Made by a program: the position numbers and the translations under genes. Under the pieces are notes generated by a model that was given only the letters and a program-made list of their open reading frames with translations, ran no database searches and was not told the DNA's origin. A stretch of 59,550 nucleotides of DNA from Blastocatellia bacterium (GTDB lineage: Bacteria > Acidobacteriota > Blastocatellia > RBC074), in assembly GCA_044221525.1 (NCBI GenBank), contig JBGAPB010000004.1, forward strand, positions 1-59,550, in the 5' to 3' direction. Below are positions 49,456 to 58,158 of this stretch, piece after piece. Numbering within the stretch: position 1 is the stretch's first letter; each line of letters starts with the position of its first letter.

Positions 49456-50937
49456 TTATACGGCTTGACTGACTTCGCGCGCCGCACGATTGCCTGACTG
49501 CAAAGCGCCGTTCATCCAACCCGGCCACGGCGAAAGATGGTCGCCTGCGAAATGCACGCGGCCTTCGGGTTTGGCAAAGTGCGGCAGAAACGATTCCATC
49601 TGCCCAGGTTTGAACCAGGCATAAGCGCCGCGCGTCCACTGTTCATCATCCCAGCAAACCGAAGCGCCGCCTTCGTAATGTTCAGCGATGTTCGGAAGAA
49701 CCAGCTTCATTTGATTGACCGTAAAACTCAGCCGTTCGTTTGCCGTCATCGCCGCCAGCTTCCGCGCTCGTTCGCCTGCGACATAAGCTTCGAGCAGGCC
49801 GCGCTTGCCGGGCAGGTAATGGGCTTTGTCGTAAGCCGTCACCATTGGCAAGTCGGTCGTCACCGAACCGGTCAACCCTTCTTCCATCCAAAACCTCTTT
49901 CGGGTTTGCATAAAAACTCGAACCACAGAAGTGTTGCCGAGTTGCTCTATGGCTTGCTGCTTGGCGATGGAAAATCCCGGCGCAACTTCCACGCGCCGCA
50001 ACACTGAAAACGGAATCGCGCAAATCAGGTAATCAGCGGCGAAGGTTTGACGGGTGCCAGCCTGTGAACAAATCACTCGAACGCCACGCGAATCATGTTC
50101 GATCTTCATTACCGGCAGGCCGTAATGAATCCGCTCGCCAAGCTTTGCGGCAAAGGCTTTTGGAAAATTATCGCTGCCGCCACGGATGGAAAACGACTGC
50201 TTGACAGTAGCGCGCAAAGCGGCTTCGCGCATCAGGTTCAAAGCCGAAGTTGCATCGGCTCCATCGCCCAACTGATCAGCCAAACCAAGTTTCAGAATTT
50301 CAACTGCGCCCGGCGAAGCTCCCTGCTGCCGCAAAAATTCAGTGAACGACATTCGGTCGAATCGTTTAAGCGAAGCCGAAGGCCAATCAGCCGCTTCCAG
50401 ATCGCCCAGGTCTTTCACCACAGGCGCAACGTATTTCGCCCACAACTGGCTGCGGCTCATTCCCTTTTCATCGGCTTTCAGCTCCAGCGGCCAGTCAATC
50501 AGATTGTCTGGCGGGCTGCCGGGTTTGATGACAAGCCGTTTGCCCCGGACGTAGAAAATCGCCGCGCCCGGATCAGATTCCATAGGGTCAACGGCCACGC
50601 CCAGCAGCTTGATGTATTTATTTGTCCATTCGTGATTGTCGAAAACATTGGTGGCTCCGGCTTCGGCGTAAATGCCTTCAGGGTAATCGTCCCGCAAAGT
50701 CCAGACGCGCCCACCGCTGCGTTTTCGTGCTTCAAGCACTGTGACTTCATGACCAGCTTGCACCAGTTCATAAGCCGCCGACATTCCAGCCAAGCCTGCG
50801 CCTATGACTATGACTTTTTTCGCCGCGCCGGTTTTGGGCAATGCTAAATCGTCTGGCTTGATCTGCCAGGCAGCAATCCCTGTTGCGGCCATCAGGCTTT
50901 GGCTTAAAAATTTTCTGCGACCAAGTGAGTCAGCCAT
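49456..50937 (-). CDS. Tat-exported flavin-containing amine oxidase (monoamine / L-amino-acid oxidase family)
   Basis: Twin-arginine signal GRRKFLSQSLMAATGIAA, FAD Rossmann VIVIGAGLAGMSAAYEL, and the C-terminal block VHFAGDHLSPWPGWMNGALQSG. Confidence 0.82.
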   Translation of the reverse strand: MADSLGRRKFLSQSLMAATGIAAWQIKPDDLALPKTGAAKKVIVIGAGLAGMSAAYELVQAGHEVTVLEARKRSGGRVWTLRDDYPEGIYAEAGATNVFDNHEWTNKYIKLLGVAVDPMESDPGAAIFYVRGKRLVIKPGSPPDNLIDWPLELKADEKGMSRSQLWAKYVAPVVKDLGDLEAADWPSASLKRFDRMSFTEFLRQQGASPGAVEILKLGLADQLGDGADATSALNLMREAALRATVKQSFSIRGGSDNFPKAFAAKLGERIHYGLPVMKIEHDSRGVRVICSQAGTRQTFAADYLICAIPFSVLRRVEVAPGFSIAKQQAIEQLGNTSVVRVFMQTRKRFWMEEGLTGSVTTDLPMVTAYDKAHYLPGKRGLLEAYVAGERARKLAAMTANERLSFTVNQMKLVLPNIAEHYEGGASVCWDDEQWTRGAYAWFKPGQMESFLPHFAKPEGRVHFAGDHLSPWPGWMNGALQSGNRAAREVSQAV

Positions 50938-50944
50938 AAAAACC

Positions 50945-51874
50945 TCAAGCCAATTCGATCTTCATCTCGTTGGCAAGTTTCAGAATATGTTGCTTCCCTT
51001 CTTCATATTCCGCCGGAGTGCTCAGATGTTCCAGCATCAATGGAGCTTCAAACGGCAGCGCCGTGATGTTGGAAAGATAAGCTCTGTAATCAATGCCGCC
51101 GCGTCCGGGCACGGTTTCGATGAAATGAACATTTTTGCCTTGCAGGTCTTTGGCGTGGCAGGAACAAATCCAGCGGCCAAGTTTGCGAAAGACTTCGTTG
51201 ATGATTTCAGCGTTGCGGTAAAAGCGGTCAGGGCTGTTGATGATGTTGCAAATGTCCACGTGAACTCCGAAGCCCGGGCGAGCAACGGCTTTGAACAACT
51301 TTAGATAAGCGTCGGCGCTGTCTGGCAAACTCCACCCCATCATCTCAATAGTGAATTTCGTGCGGCGAGGGTTTACGGCGTCAATCACCTTGCGGCAGTT
51401 TTCTACTGTCGCGTCAAAAAATTCCCGCGACAGATTTCGAGCGTCCGGGCCATCCCATTGTTTGGGGTTGAGCGAACCGGCGATGTTGACACAGTTGCGA
51501 GCTCCTATGGTTTCGGCCAGCGCCAAACGCTCGGTCACATAGTTCAGGTTTTCTTTTCTCTTGGCGGCGTCGGCTTCGAGCATGTTTTTCCACGCGCCAA
51601 CTTCGGCAATGACCACATTTTCGGCGGCAAAGGCTCGCTCAATTGCCTTGATCCGTTCAGGTTCTTTCAGGCTGACTGGCGGAACGTAAGCCGCGCTGTA
51701 CCCCAGCACCCTGTGCGCGCGCGCCAACTCCACAGGGTCGTCGCTTTTGACGAAGATCGGCCCGCCCAGACGAAGCTTGCTGGGCGGCGCTGACTTCAAC
51801 GCGCCAGCCGAAATCGCCAGCCCGCTGACACCTGCTAAAAAATCGCGCCGACTTGTGTTGAGTTGCTCAATCAT
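50945..51874 (-). CDS. Tat-exported xylose-isomerase-like TIM-barrel protein (sugar phosphate isomerase/epimerase family)
   Basis: The start at ATG 51874 gives MIEQLNTSRRDFLAGVSGLAISAG. It overlaps the upstream stop as ATGA. Confidence 0.75.
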   Translation of the reverse strand: MIEQLNTSRRDFLAGVSGLAISAGALKSAPPSKLRLGGPIFVKSDDPVELARAHRVLGYSAAYVPPVSLKEPERIKAIERAFAAENVVIAEVGAWKNMLEADAAKRKENLNYVTERLALAETIGARNCVNIAGSLNPKQWDGPDARNLSREFFDATVENCRKVIDAVNPRRTKFTIEMMGWSLPDSADAYLKLFKAVARPGFGVHVDICNIINSPDRFYRNAEIINEVFRKLGRWICSCHAKDLQGKNVHFIETVPGRGGIDYRAYLSNITALPFEAPLMLEHLSTPAEYEEGKQHILKLANEMKIELA

Positions 51875-52830
51875 TTGATAGCCAATGCGTTCGGCGGAGA
51901 AGCCACGCCGCCAAGCTTGTTGAGCGGCGCGGCGGTAAAGAAACATTCGTAACGCTTATCAGCCGCGCAAGACGCCGCCAACTTATCCAGCGTGAACATC
52001 TCGCCGATAGGCATTCCCCATAACCCGATGATCGTGTCGTGAAGGGCTTCATCCGCAGGCGGAAACGGGTTGGCTTCAAAGCTGGGATTGTCACTGCACA
52101 CAGCGGCGAAGTGGTTGTCCCACAAAAACCGCAACGAATCTTCGCCCTGAGTCATACCCGCAACCTGCATTCTACCGGGTTGAGCAAGTTGCGTGCGCTC
52201 TTCTTCTGTGAGCGAGTTGTACCATTCGATCCAACCTACGCGCAGCAAAAGAATATCGCCGGTTTGAAAGCTGACTCCCTGCCAATCCGCTGCTGCCTGC
52301 ACTTGCTCCGCAGTAATCCCGTACCTGACTTCAGGCGAATACTCTATGCCGTGCGCGTCGGCAAAACGGCGAAAATCAATCAACACAGCTCGGCCGGCAA
52401 TTCCACGACGCGCCCAATTGTGGATTCCATTGCGCGGGTTTGCCTGGTCGGCAATCTGTTCCTCGGTCACGCCATTGTAAAAACCGTATTGCCGATGGCC
52501 GTAATGCCGCAAACCGTCCCATTGCGAAGAAGATTGAGTATTGAAGCTGTCGTAAATGTCATCGAAGACATTTTGTCTTCGCCGTTGAACGGTGTGACGC
52601 AAGGTCTGGCGATTGAACAGTGGAGGATGAGGTTTTTCCAGTTCCCAATTCATCGGAAAGACTTCGCCGGTTTTCACCAACCCGGCGGCAGCGGCCACAC
52701 GTTCAGGCGTCAACAAATTCAGCGTTCCGATTTCGTCATTGCCGCCAAACACTCCCCAAGCAGAACGCGGTGGGTAATCAGGTTTGATCGGCAATTCATC
52801 GAATGCAGGCAAGCGTCCAGACGAGTTCAT
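51871..52830 (-). CDS. Cyclase-family protein (kynurenine-formamidase-like fold)
   Basis: 319 aa. It is translationally coupled to the TIM-barrel gene. The block SSSQWDGLRHYGH resembles the cyclase-family metal site. The family call is pattern-level. Confidence 0.6.
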   Translation of the reverse strand: MNSSGRLPAFDELPIKPDYPPRSAWGVFGGNDEIGTLNLLTPERVAAAAGLVKTGEVFPMNWELEKPHPPLFNRQTLRHTVQRRRQNVFDDIYDSFNTQSSSQWDGLRHYGHRQYGFYNGVTEEQIADQANPRNGIHNWARRGIAGRAVLIDFRRFADAHGIEYSPEVRYGITAEQVQAAADWQGVSFQTGDILLLRVGWIEWYNSLTEEERTQLAQPGRMQVAGMTQGEDSLRFLWDNHFAAVCSDNPSFEANPFPPADEALHDTIIGLWGMPIGEMFTLDKLAASCAADKRYECFFTAAPLNKLGGVASPPNALAIK

Positions 52831-52952
52831 GAATATCTGTCCCCAATTTGAACCACGGGGATCACGGGAAAATTTTGGAAAGAGCTTTCTCCTCCCCGTA
52901 CGTCCCCGTGCTCCCCGTGGTTGAATTCTTCATACGGCATTTGAAATGCGCT

Positions 52953-54272
52953 CTAATCAGCGATGGATTGATAAGTCAGCACACGGAACTCCGAGCCGTA
53001 TTCCAATCCGGTGTGCGGCAAAATCTGGATCATAAAAATGCCGATCAACTGTTCCTGAGGATCAATCCAGAATTTGGTTCCAGCGGCTCCGCCCCAGTTG
53101 AATTCGCCGGGCGAACCCATCACCCCCGCTTCACCCGGAGCTTTGCTGACAGCGAACCCCAAACCGAATCCGGTTCCCGGCCCCATGCCAGGAATGGTTC
53201 CCAGATGATCGCTGCTCATCAATTGCACGGTCTTGCGGCTTAACAATCGTTTGCCATTGTATTGCCCGTTATCCAGCAACATCTGACAAAAGCGCAGGTA
53301 ATCGTAAGCCGTCGAAGTCAGCCCGCCTCCGCCTGATTGCATGCCCAAAGATTGAAAGGTCGAAGGCGCAGCATTCGGGAATTTCTCAATACATTCCTGC
53401 GACGTGGAGCAAATCAGCGACGGTTGAAGCTGGCCTTCTTTGGTCAGAGTGTAGAGCTTGGCCATGCGGTCTTTTTTGCTGGCGGGAACGACAAAGCCCG
53501 TGTCGTTCATTTCCAGCGGCGTGAAGATGCGCTCCTGCAAAAACTGATCAAATGGTTTGCCTGACAGAACTTCGATCAAACGGCCTTGGACATCCACTGA
53601 AACGCTGTAATGCCAGCGTGTGCCGGGTTCGTATTGCAGCGGAATTTTCGCCAGATCAGTCACGAAATCTTTCAGATTCAGTTCGCCCAAAATTTTGACT
53701 TTGCGGTATTCCCGATCCACCACAGTGTCGCCGAACACTCCATACGTCAGCCCGGCGGTGTGCCGCATCAGGTCTCGAATGGTGATCGGATTTCGCGCAG
53801 GCCGTGTCTTCATCACAGGTTGGCCGGTTTGCGGGTCTTTCTCTTCGATGGCGACCTGCATCTTGGCAAATTCGGGAAGGTATTTGGCGACCGGCTCGTT
53901 AAGCTGAAACTTGCCTTCTTCGTAAAGCATCATCAACGCGGTGGTGGTGATGGGCTTCGACATCGAATAGATGCGATGAATCGTGTCCATCTTCATCGGC
54001 AGACCTGCTTCCATATCGGCCATGCCCCAGGTTTCCTGATACGCGATTTTGCCTTGACGGGCGATCAAGCCCGAAGCTCCTGGAATCTGTTTGTTGGCAA
54101 CGTGTTTGCTCATCACCGTGCGAATGTTCGCCAAACGATTCGCAGACATCCCAACAGTTTCAGGCGCGACCACTACCGGATCGCTTTTGGGATTGCTCGC
54201 AACGGAGCTAAACAGTGGATGGACGGCCAGCGCCAGCATCAGCGCCGAAATAGAAAGCAGCAGACGTTTCAT
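52953..54272 (-). CDS. Secreted serine hydrolase of the beta-lactamase (class C / EstB-like) family
   Basis: It has a signal peptide, the SxxK motif IYSMSKPIT, and a Tyr-x-Asn-like region downstream. Confidence 0.82.
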   Translation of the reverse strand: MKRLLLSISALMLALAVHPLFSSVASNPKSDPVVVAPETVGMSANRLANIRTVMSKHVANKQIPGASGLIARQGKIAYQETWGMADMEAGLPMKMDTIHRIYSMSKPITTTALMMLYEEGKFQLNEPVAKYLPEFAKMQVAIEEKDPQTGQPVMKTRPARNPITIRDLMRHTAGLTYGVFGDTVVDREYRKVKILGELNLKDFVTDLAKIPLQYEPGTRWHYSVSVDVQGRLIEVLSGKPFDQFLQERIFTPLEMNDTGFVVPASKKDRMAKLYTLTKEGQLQPSLICSTSQECIEKFPNAAPSTFQSLGMQSGGGGLTSTAYDYLRFCQMLLDNGQYNGKRLLSRKTVQLMSSDHLGTIPGMGPGTGFGLGFAVSKAPGEAGVMGSPGEFNWGGAAGTKFWIDPQEQLIGIFMIQILPHTGLEYGSEFRVLTYQSIAD

Positions 54273-54374
54273 GGTTCCTCCGAAGAAATAGCCGCGGCGA
54301 ACTCTGCCCGGCAGGTTGCGGTTGATTCAAATAGAAATTCTAAAAAGCTGATGGAGCCGCAATATGTCAGCAGC

Positions 54375-55484
54375 CTACTTCCCGCTGAAGTAGACGACAT
54401 TCGGCGCGTCGCTGCGCGCAGCAGCAATATCCGGGAAGCCGTCTTTGTTCAAATCGCCAAGCGCCAATCCATAAACAGCACCTCGCCCATCGCCAAAGTT
54501 TACCGGACGAAAGCTCCGCCCGTTCCCTTCATTGAAAAAGACTACACCCGGCGCATTGGCACAGCCGATTACGACATCAGCTTTGCCGTCACGGTTCAGG
54601 TCGCCAATGACAATGGCTCCTGGGACAAGCGTTTTTTCGCCCAACTGCACGCCGCTGGTGAACCCGCCTTGCCCATCGCTGAGGTAAAGAAAGACACCCT
54701 GTTTTTCATCGCCTGTAACCAGATCGTTCCAGCCGTCGCCGTTCAAATCGCCAGCCGCAGCCGTGCGTGCCGCAGAGTTGCCGGGGCCGAACGGTTTGGT
54801 TTTCGTAAACCCGGCCTTGCCGTCGTTGAAGAGAATGAAGCTCTGCCCGCCGTCACGGTGCGGAATCGCCAGGTCAATGAATCCATCTCGATTGAAATCG
54901 GCGGGCACAATGGTCGTCGCCGACTCAGAAGGAATTGCAGAGCAATCGCTGATCTTGAAATTGCCGTGACCATCATTCAGACAAACGTAACTCCTGCCTC
55001 CACGGTTGGCGGCGATCAGATCAGGTTTGCCGTCGCCGTTCAGGTCGGCCACCGCCGCGTTTCGGGTATTCCATTTCGGATCGCCCCAGGTTCCGGCTAC
55101 GCGGAAATTCGCTTTGCCGTCGTTGAAATAGACCAACTTCTTGTCGGGGTTGTCATTGCTGACGACGACATCCAAATCTCCGTCGCCGTCCAGGTCGGCC
55201 AGCAAGGCAGAATAGGTTCGATCCGGCGTTTCGCCCAGGTTGTGCGCTACGGTAAATTCGCCTTTGCCGTTGTTCAGCAGAACTCTGTCATGCAGCGGCC
55301 AATGACGCCCTTTGGCCAGAATGATGTCCAAATCACCATCGCCATCCAAATCGCCTATGCTGGCGTTAGCCGAAGTCTCAGAGGTTTGTTCAAGCAAGAC
55401 CGTCTGAGTGAATTGCCGTACGGGAACCGCAACGATGCTGCTCGCAGCAGCAATCAGGATCAGGACAGATATGAGTTTCAGCAT
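54375..55484 (-). CDS. Secreted FG-GAP/VCBS repeat protein (integrin-alpha-like beta-propeller)
   Basis: Seven Ca-binding-like repeats are present. Examples are GDLDGDGDLDI, ADLDGDGDLDV, ADLNGDGKPDL, GDLNGDGWNDL, GDLNRDGKADV and GDLNKDGFPDI. Confidence 0.85.
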   Translation of the reverse strand: MLKLISVLILIAAASSIVAVPVRQFTQTVLLEQTSETSANASIGDLDGDGDLDIILAKGRHWPLHDRVLLNNGKGEFTVAHNLGETPDRTYSALLADLDGDGDLDVVVSNDNPDKKLVYFNDGKANFRVAGTWGDPKWNTRNAAVADLNGDGKPDLIAANRGGRSYVCLNDGHGNFKISDCSAIPSESATTIVPADFNRDGFIDLAIPHRDGGQSFILFNDGKAGFTKTKPFGPGNSAARTAAAGDLNGDGWNDLVTGDEKQGVFLYLSDGQGGFTSGVQLGEKTLVPGAIVIGDLNRDGKADVVIGCANAPGVVFFNEGNGRSFRPVNFGDGRGAVYGLALGDLNKDGFPDIAAARSDAPNVVYFSGK

Positions 55485-55512
55485 AGGTTTCCCTCAAACA
55501 GACAAAGACCAA

Positions 55513-56895
55513 TTATCCAACCGCTATCAAGCTCCCGGCAGTGCGAAAATAAAGCACGCCTTGTGAAATTGCCGGAGTCGCCAGACAAGGTTCGCCCATC
55601 TGATTTTTGGCCAGCACTTCCAGCGTAGCTCCGGCTTTGAGCACATACACGATGCCTTCTTCGACAGGACAATAGATTTTGCCGTCTGCCGCCGTCAGCG
55701 AAGCCGAGCAAGCTGAATCTGTCCCCAATCGCTCTTCAAACATCTTGCGACCGGTTTTGAATTCAAAGCAGCGCAACAATCCGTTGTGATTCGCCAGATA
55801 AATATGGTCGCGATAAACCACTGGCGTCGAAATGTAAGTGCCGCCGTTCGGCACGCTCCAAACAATTGCTTCATTGCTGGTGCTGCCTTCCTGCAAAGAA
55901 ATGTCACCTTTGGCAGAAGGCCGAATGGCGAACAGCGGCGCTTTTCCGCCGTGGGCATTCGTCACCACGATCAAGCCATCGGCGACAAAAGGCGTAGGGA
56001 TTGGATTGTCGCCGCCGCCGCGCAAGCGCCAGAGTTCTTTGCCGGTTTCCAGGTCATAAGAAACAATGAACGGCCAGCCATTGGCGACGACTTGCGTCCT
56101 GACGCCGTCATTGTGAATCAGCGGCGTGCCCCAACTGCGTTCGCAATCGCCTTTGCGCGAAACACGCCAGACTTCTTTTCCATCGGCAAGGCGAAAGGCC
56201 GCGATAAAGGGATTGCCCGGATCATCGCAAAGCAGGACGATGCGATCCCGATACAACGCCGGAGAGCTGCCGTAGCCCCACCCAATGCCGTATTTGCTGA
56301 TGTTGATGACGCCCAAATCCTGACTCCAAAGCAGCTTGCCCTTGAGGTCAAAGCAATACATCCCCTCTGAGCCGATGAAGGCGATCAGATGTTTGCCATC
56401 CGTGCTGAGCGTCGTGTTCGCGTGCGTAGCCTTTTCGTGTCGAGCAGCTCTCGGCTTGCTGGTGCGCAGCGTGCGTTCCCACAATCGTTTGCCTGATTTC
56501 TTATCGAAACACAGGATCATCCAGCGTTGTTCGTCATTGTCCTCGGCCGCTTTGGTGTCGCCGTAATAACCGATGCGCAACGGAGCTTTCCCGGCGAGCC
56601 GCACCGCCGTGGCGACATAAATCCGGTTGCCCCAAATGATCGGGCTGGAATGTCCCAAGCCGGGAATTTCAGCGCGCCACAACACGCCCTCCAGCTTGCC
56701 CGCCGCCGCATCTGCGTTCCAGGCTGTTCGTGTGGGATAGCCCTCGGCCACGCCGCGTCCGCCCGCGCCGCGAAACTCCGGCCAGTTCTGTTCGGTGGCA
56801 GAAGCCAGTGTCGCGGCAGGCAGCGCCAACAATGACGCCGTCAGGAATGAACGCCGCGATAATTCATTGAGGTTCTCAAGTTGATTTTCATTCAT
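55513..56895 (-). CDS. Tat-exported PQQ-like (BamB-type) beta-propeller repeat protein
   Basis: Twin-arginine signal LSRRSFLTASLLALPAATLASA, with repeated PQQ-like beta-propeller blades. Confidence 0.75.
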   Translation of the reverse strand: MNENQLENLNELSRRSFLTASLLALPAATLASATEQNWPEFRGAGGRGVAEGYPTRTAWNADAAAGKLEGVLWRAEIPGLGHSSPIIWGNRIYVATAVRLAGKAPLRIGYYGDTKAAEDNDEQRWMILCFDKKSGKRLWERTLRTSKPRAARHEKATHANTTLSTDGKHLIAFIGSEGMYCFDLKGKLLWSQDLGVINISKYGIGWGYGSSPALYRDRIVLLCDDPGNPFIAAFRLADGKEVWRVSRKGDCERSWGTPLIHNDGVRTQVVANGWPFIVSYDLETGKELWRLRGGGDNPIPTPFVADGLIVVTNAHGGKAPLFAIRPSAKGDISLQEGSTSNEAIVWSVPNGGTYISTPVVYRDHIYLANHNGLLRCFEFKTGRKMFEERLGTDSACSASLTAADGKIYCPVEEGIVYVLKAGATLEVLAKNQMGEPCLATPAISQGVLYFRTAGSLIAVG

Positions 56896-57019
56896 CTCCT
56901 CGATCCTTTCTGTTGATTGCCGTTTTCACTTGTCTGTGACCGCCTTGCGATTCTCAGGGAGGCGAAGCGCAGTGGGGCGCGATATTTTCGTAATGATTGA
57001 AATGTGTTTGCAGGGGCCA

Positions 57020-57305
57020 TTAAGGCAGTTTTTGGACATCCAGCAATTCGGCCACGATGCAAGGCGCGCCTTCGCGCGTGCCGATCTCATAGATCATAAG
57101 AAGTTCGGATAATTGAGAGCCTAAGTCGCCGAGCTTCCCGTTCAAAGCGTTTGAGTTCACCAAGGGCGTTCGCAAAGTCAGCGAGTAAGACGTTGATCCC
57201 CTCTTCGCGATCATGCCGCGTATCGCGCGCAGGTTAAACTTCGCCCCTCCCGGCTGCGCCAAGCGGGGCTTGGATTTCATACGCGGCGAGTTTGGTTCCG
57301 GGTAT
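57020..57305 (-). pseudogene. Remnant of the N-terminal lobe of a Hanks-type Ser/Thr protein kinase (frameshifted, truncated)
   Basis: Three frames read GTKLAAYEIQAPLGAAGRGEV*, ARDTRHDREEGINVLLADFANALGELKRFEREARRL and LMIYEIGTREGAPCIVAELLD. These correspond to the Gly-loop, the beta3/alphaC region and the hinge of a kinase. There is no catalytic loop downstream. Confidence 0.6.
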
Positions 57306-57310
57306 CAAGG

Positions 57311-57562
57311 TCAAGAAGCCTTAGCGTTTTCCTTTGCTTGCAGATTGGCGATGAATCCTGCGATATCCACTTCATCGCCGTATAATCGCTCACACAAACG
57401 ACGTTTGATTTCGAGTTCAGGCAAGCCCGGCGGAAACGAAGCCAAAATCATTTGTCGGGCCATCAGAAACATCCGGCTGCCCATTTTCAGCCGCTCCTCG
57501 CCGGAACGCGTAAGCAGCCGTTCACGCACCATCTGGGCGATTTCAGGCGGGGTGTCATTCAT
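57311..57562 (-). CDS. Small hypothetical protein (83 aa) translationally coupled to the upstream nucleotidyltransferase-like gene
   Basis: It overlaps the preceding ORF by 8 nt. It looks helical, and I recognise no motif in it. Confidence 0.5.
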   Translation of the reverse strand: MNDTPPEIAQMVRERLLTRSGEERLKMGSRMFLMARQMILASFPPGLPELEIKRRLCERLYGDEVDIAGFIANLQAKENAKAS

Positions 57563-58106
57563 CTTTGGTCATCACCTCGTTGAGTAAATCCGCTACGCCG
57601 AGCCGAGCCGCACGACTCGTCACGTAATCCATTGCACACTCTGGAGTCAGCAGGTTTTTGACATCGCGCAATTGCAATTCAGATTTTGAGTCTTTGGCCC
57701 AGACCAGTTTAGAAAGAATCAAATCTTCGCGGCTGACGACCCAGGTCTGAAAATCTTCTATCATCACTTGCTTGCGCCGCGCGAACTCTTCCTGCCGGTA
57801 GGGATCATGTTTCAAGACGATAAAATCCACTTTGAAGACGCTTTCGTTGTGGATCAGATTGAACATCGAACGCCGCGAGATGGCGCGGGAAACCGCCTCC
57901 GCGGGCACATAATAATCTGGCTCGAACAGTTTCACGATGGTCGCCGCATCGCCTTCGCGCAACATCACCACAATATCAATGTCCCGCGTCATCCGCGGTT
58001 GCGCATACTGATTCATCGCCACCGACCCGGTCAGCATAAACGCGATACCGGCCGCCTCAAGGCGCAGGGAAATATCGCGTAAAATGTCGAGATCCGATTG
58101 AAGCAT
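57555..58106 (-). CDS. Minimal nucleotidyltransferase-fold protein (AbiEii/MNT-like motif)
   Basis: 183 aa with the NTase signature GSVAMNQYAQPRMTRDIDIVV (G-S-x-A...R-x-T-R-D-I-D). Confidence 0.6.
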   Translation of the reverse strand: MLQSDLDILRDISLRLEAAGIAFMLTGSVAMNQYAQPRMTRDIDIVVMLREGDAATIVKLFEPDYYVPAEAVSRAISRRSMFNLIHNESVFKVDFIVLKHDPYRQEEFARRKQVMIEDFQTWVVSREDLILSKLVWAKDSKSELQLRDVKNLLTPECAMDYVTSRAARLGVADLLNEVMTKDE

Positions 58107-58158
58107 AACTCAATTTCTCCTTACTTCTTCGGCAACGCCGTCCAGTTCTGAGGCAGGA

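Noticed and set aside
53610-55628. Very long (672 aa) plus-strand ORF
   Set aside because: It runs antisense to two well-supported minus-strand genes, the beta-lactamase-like hydrolase and the FG-GAP protein. It is Arg/Gly/Val-rich and low in complexity, with no recognisable motif or RBS. This is a typical shadow ORF in GC-rich DNA.
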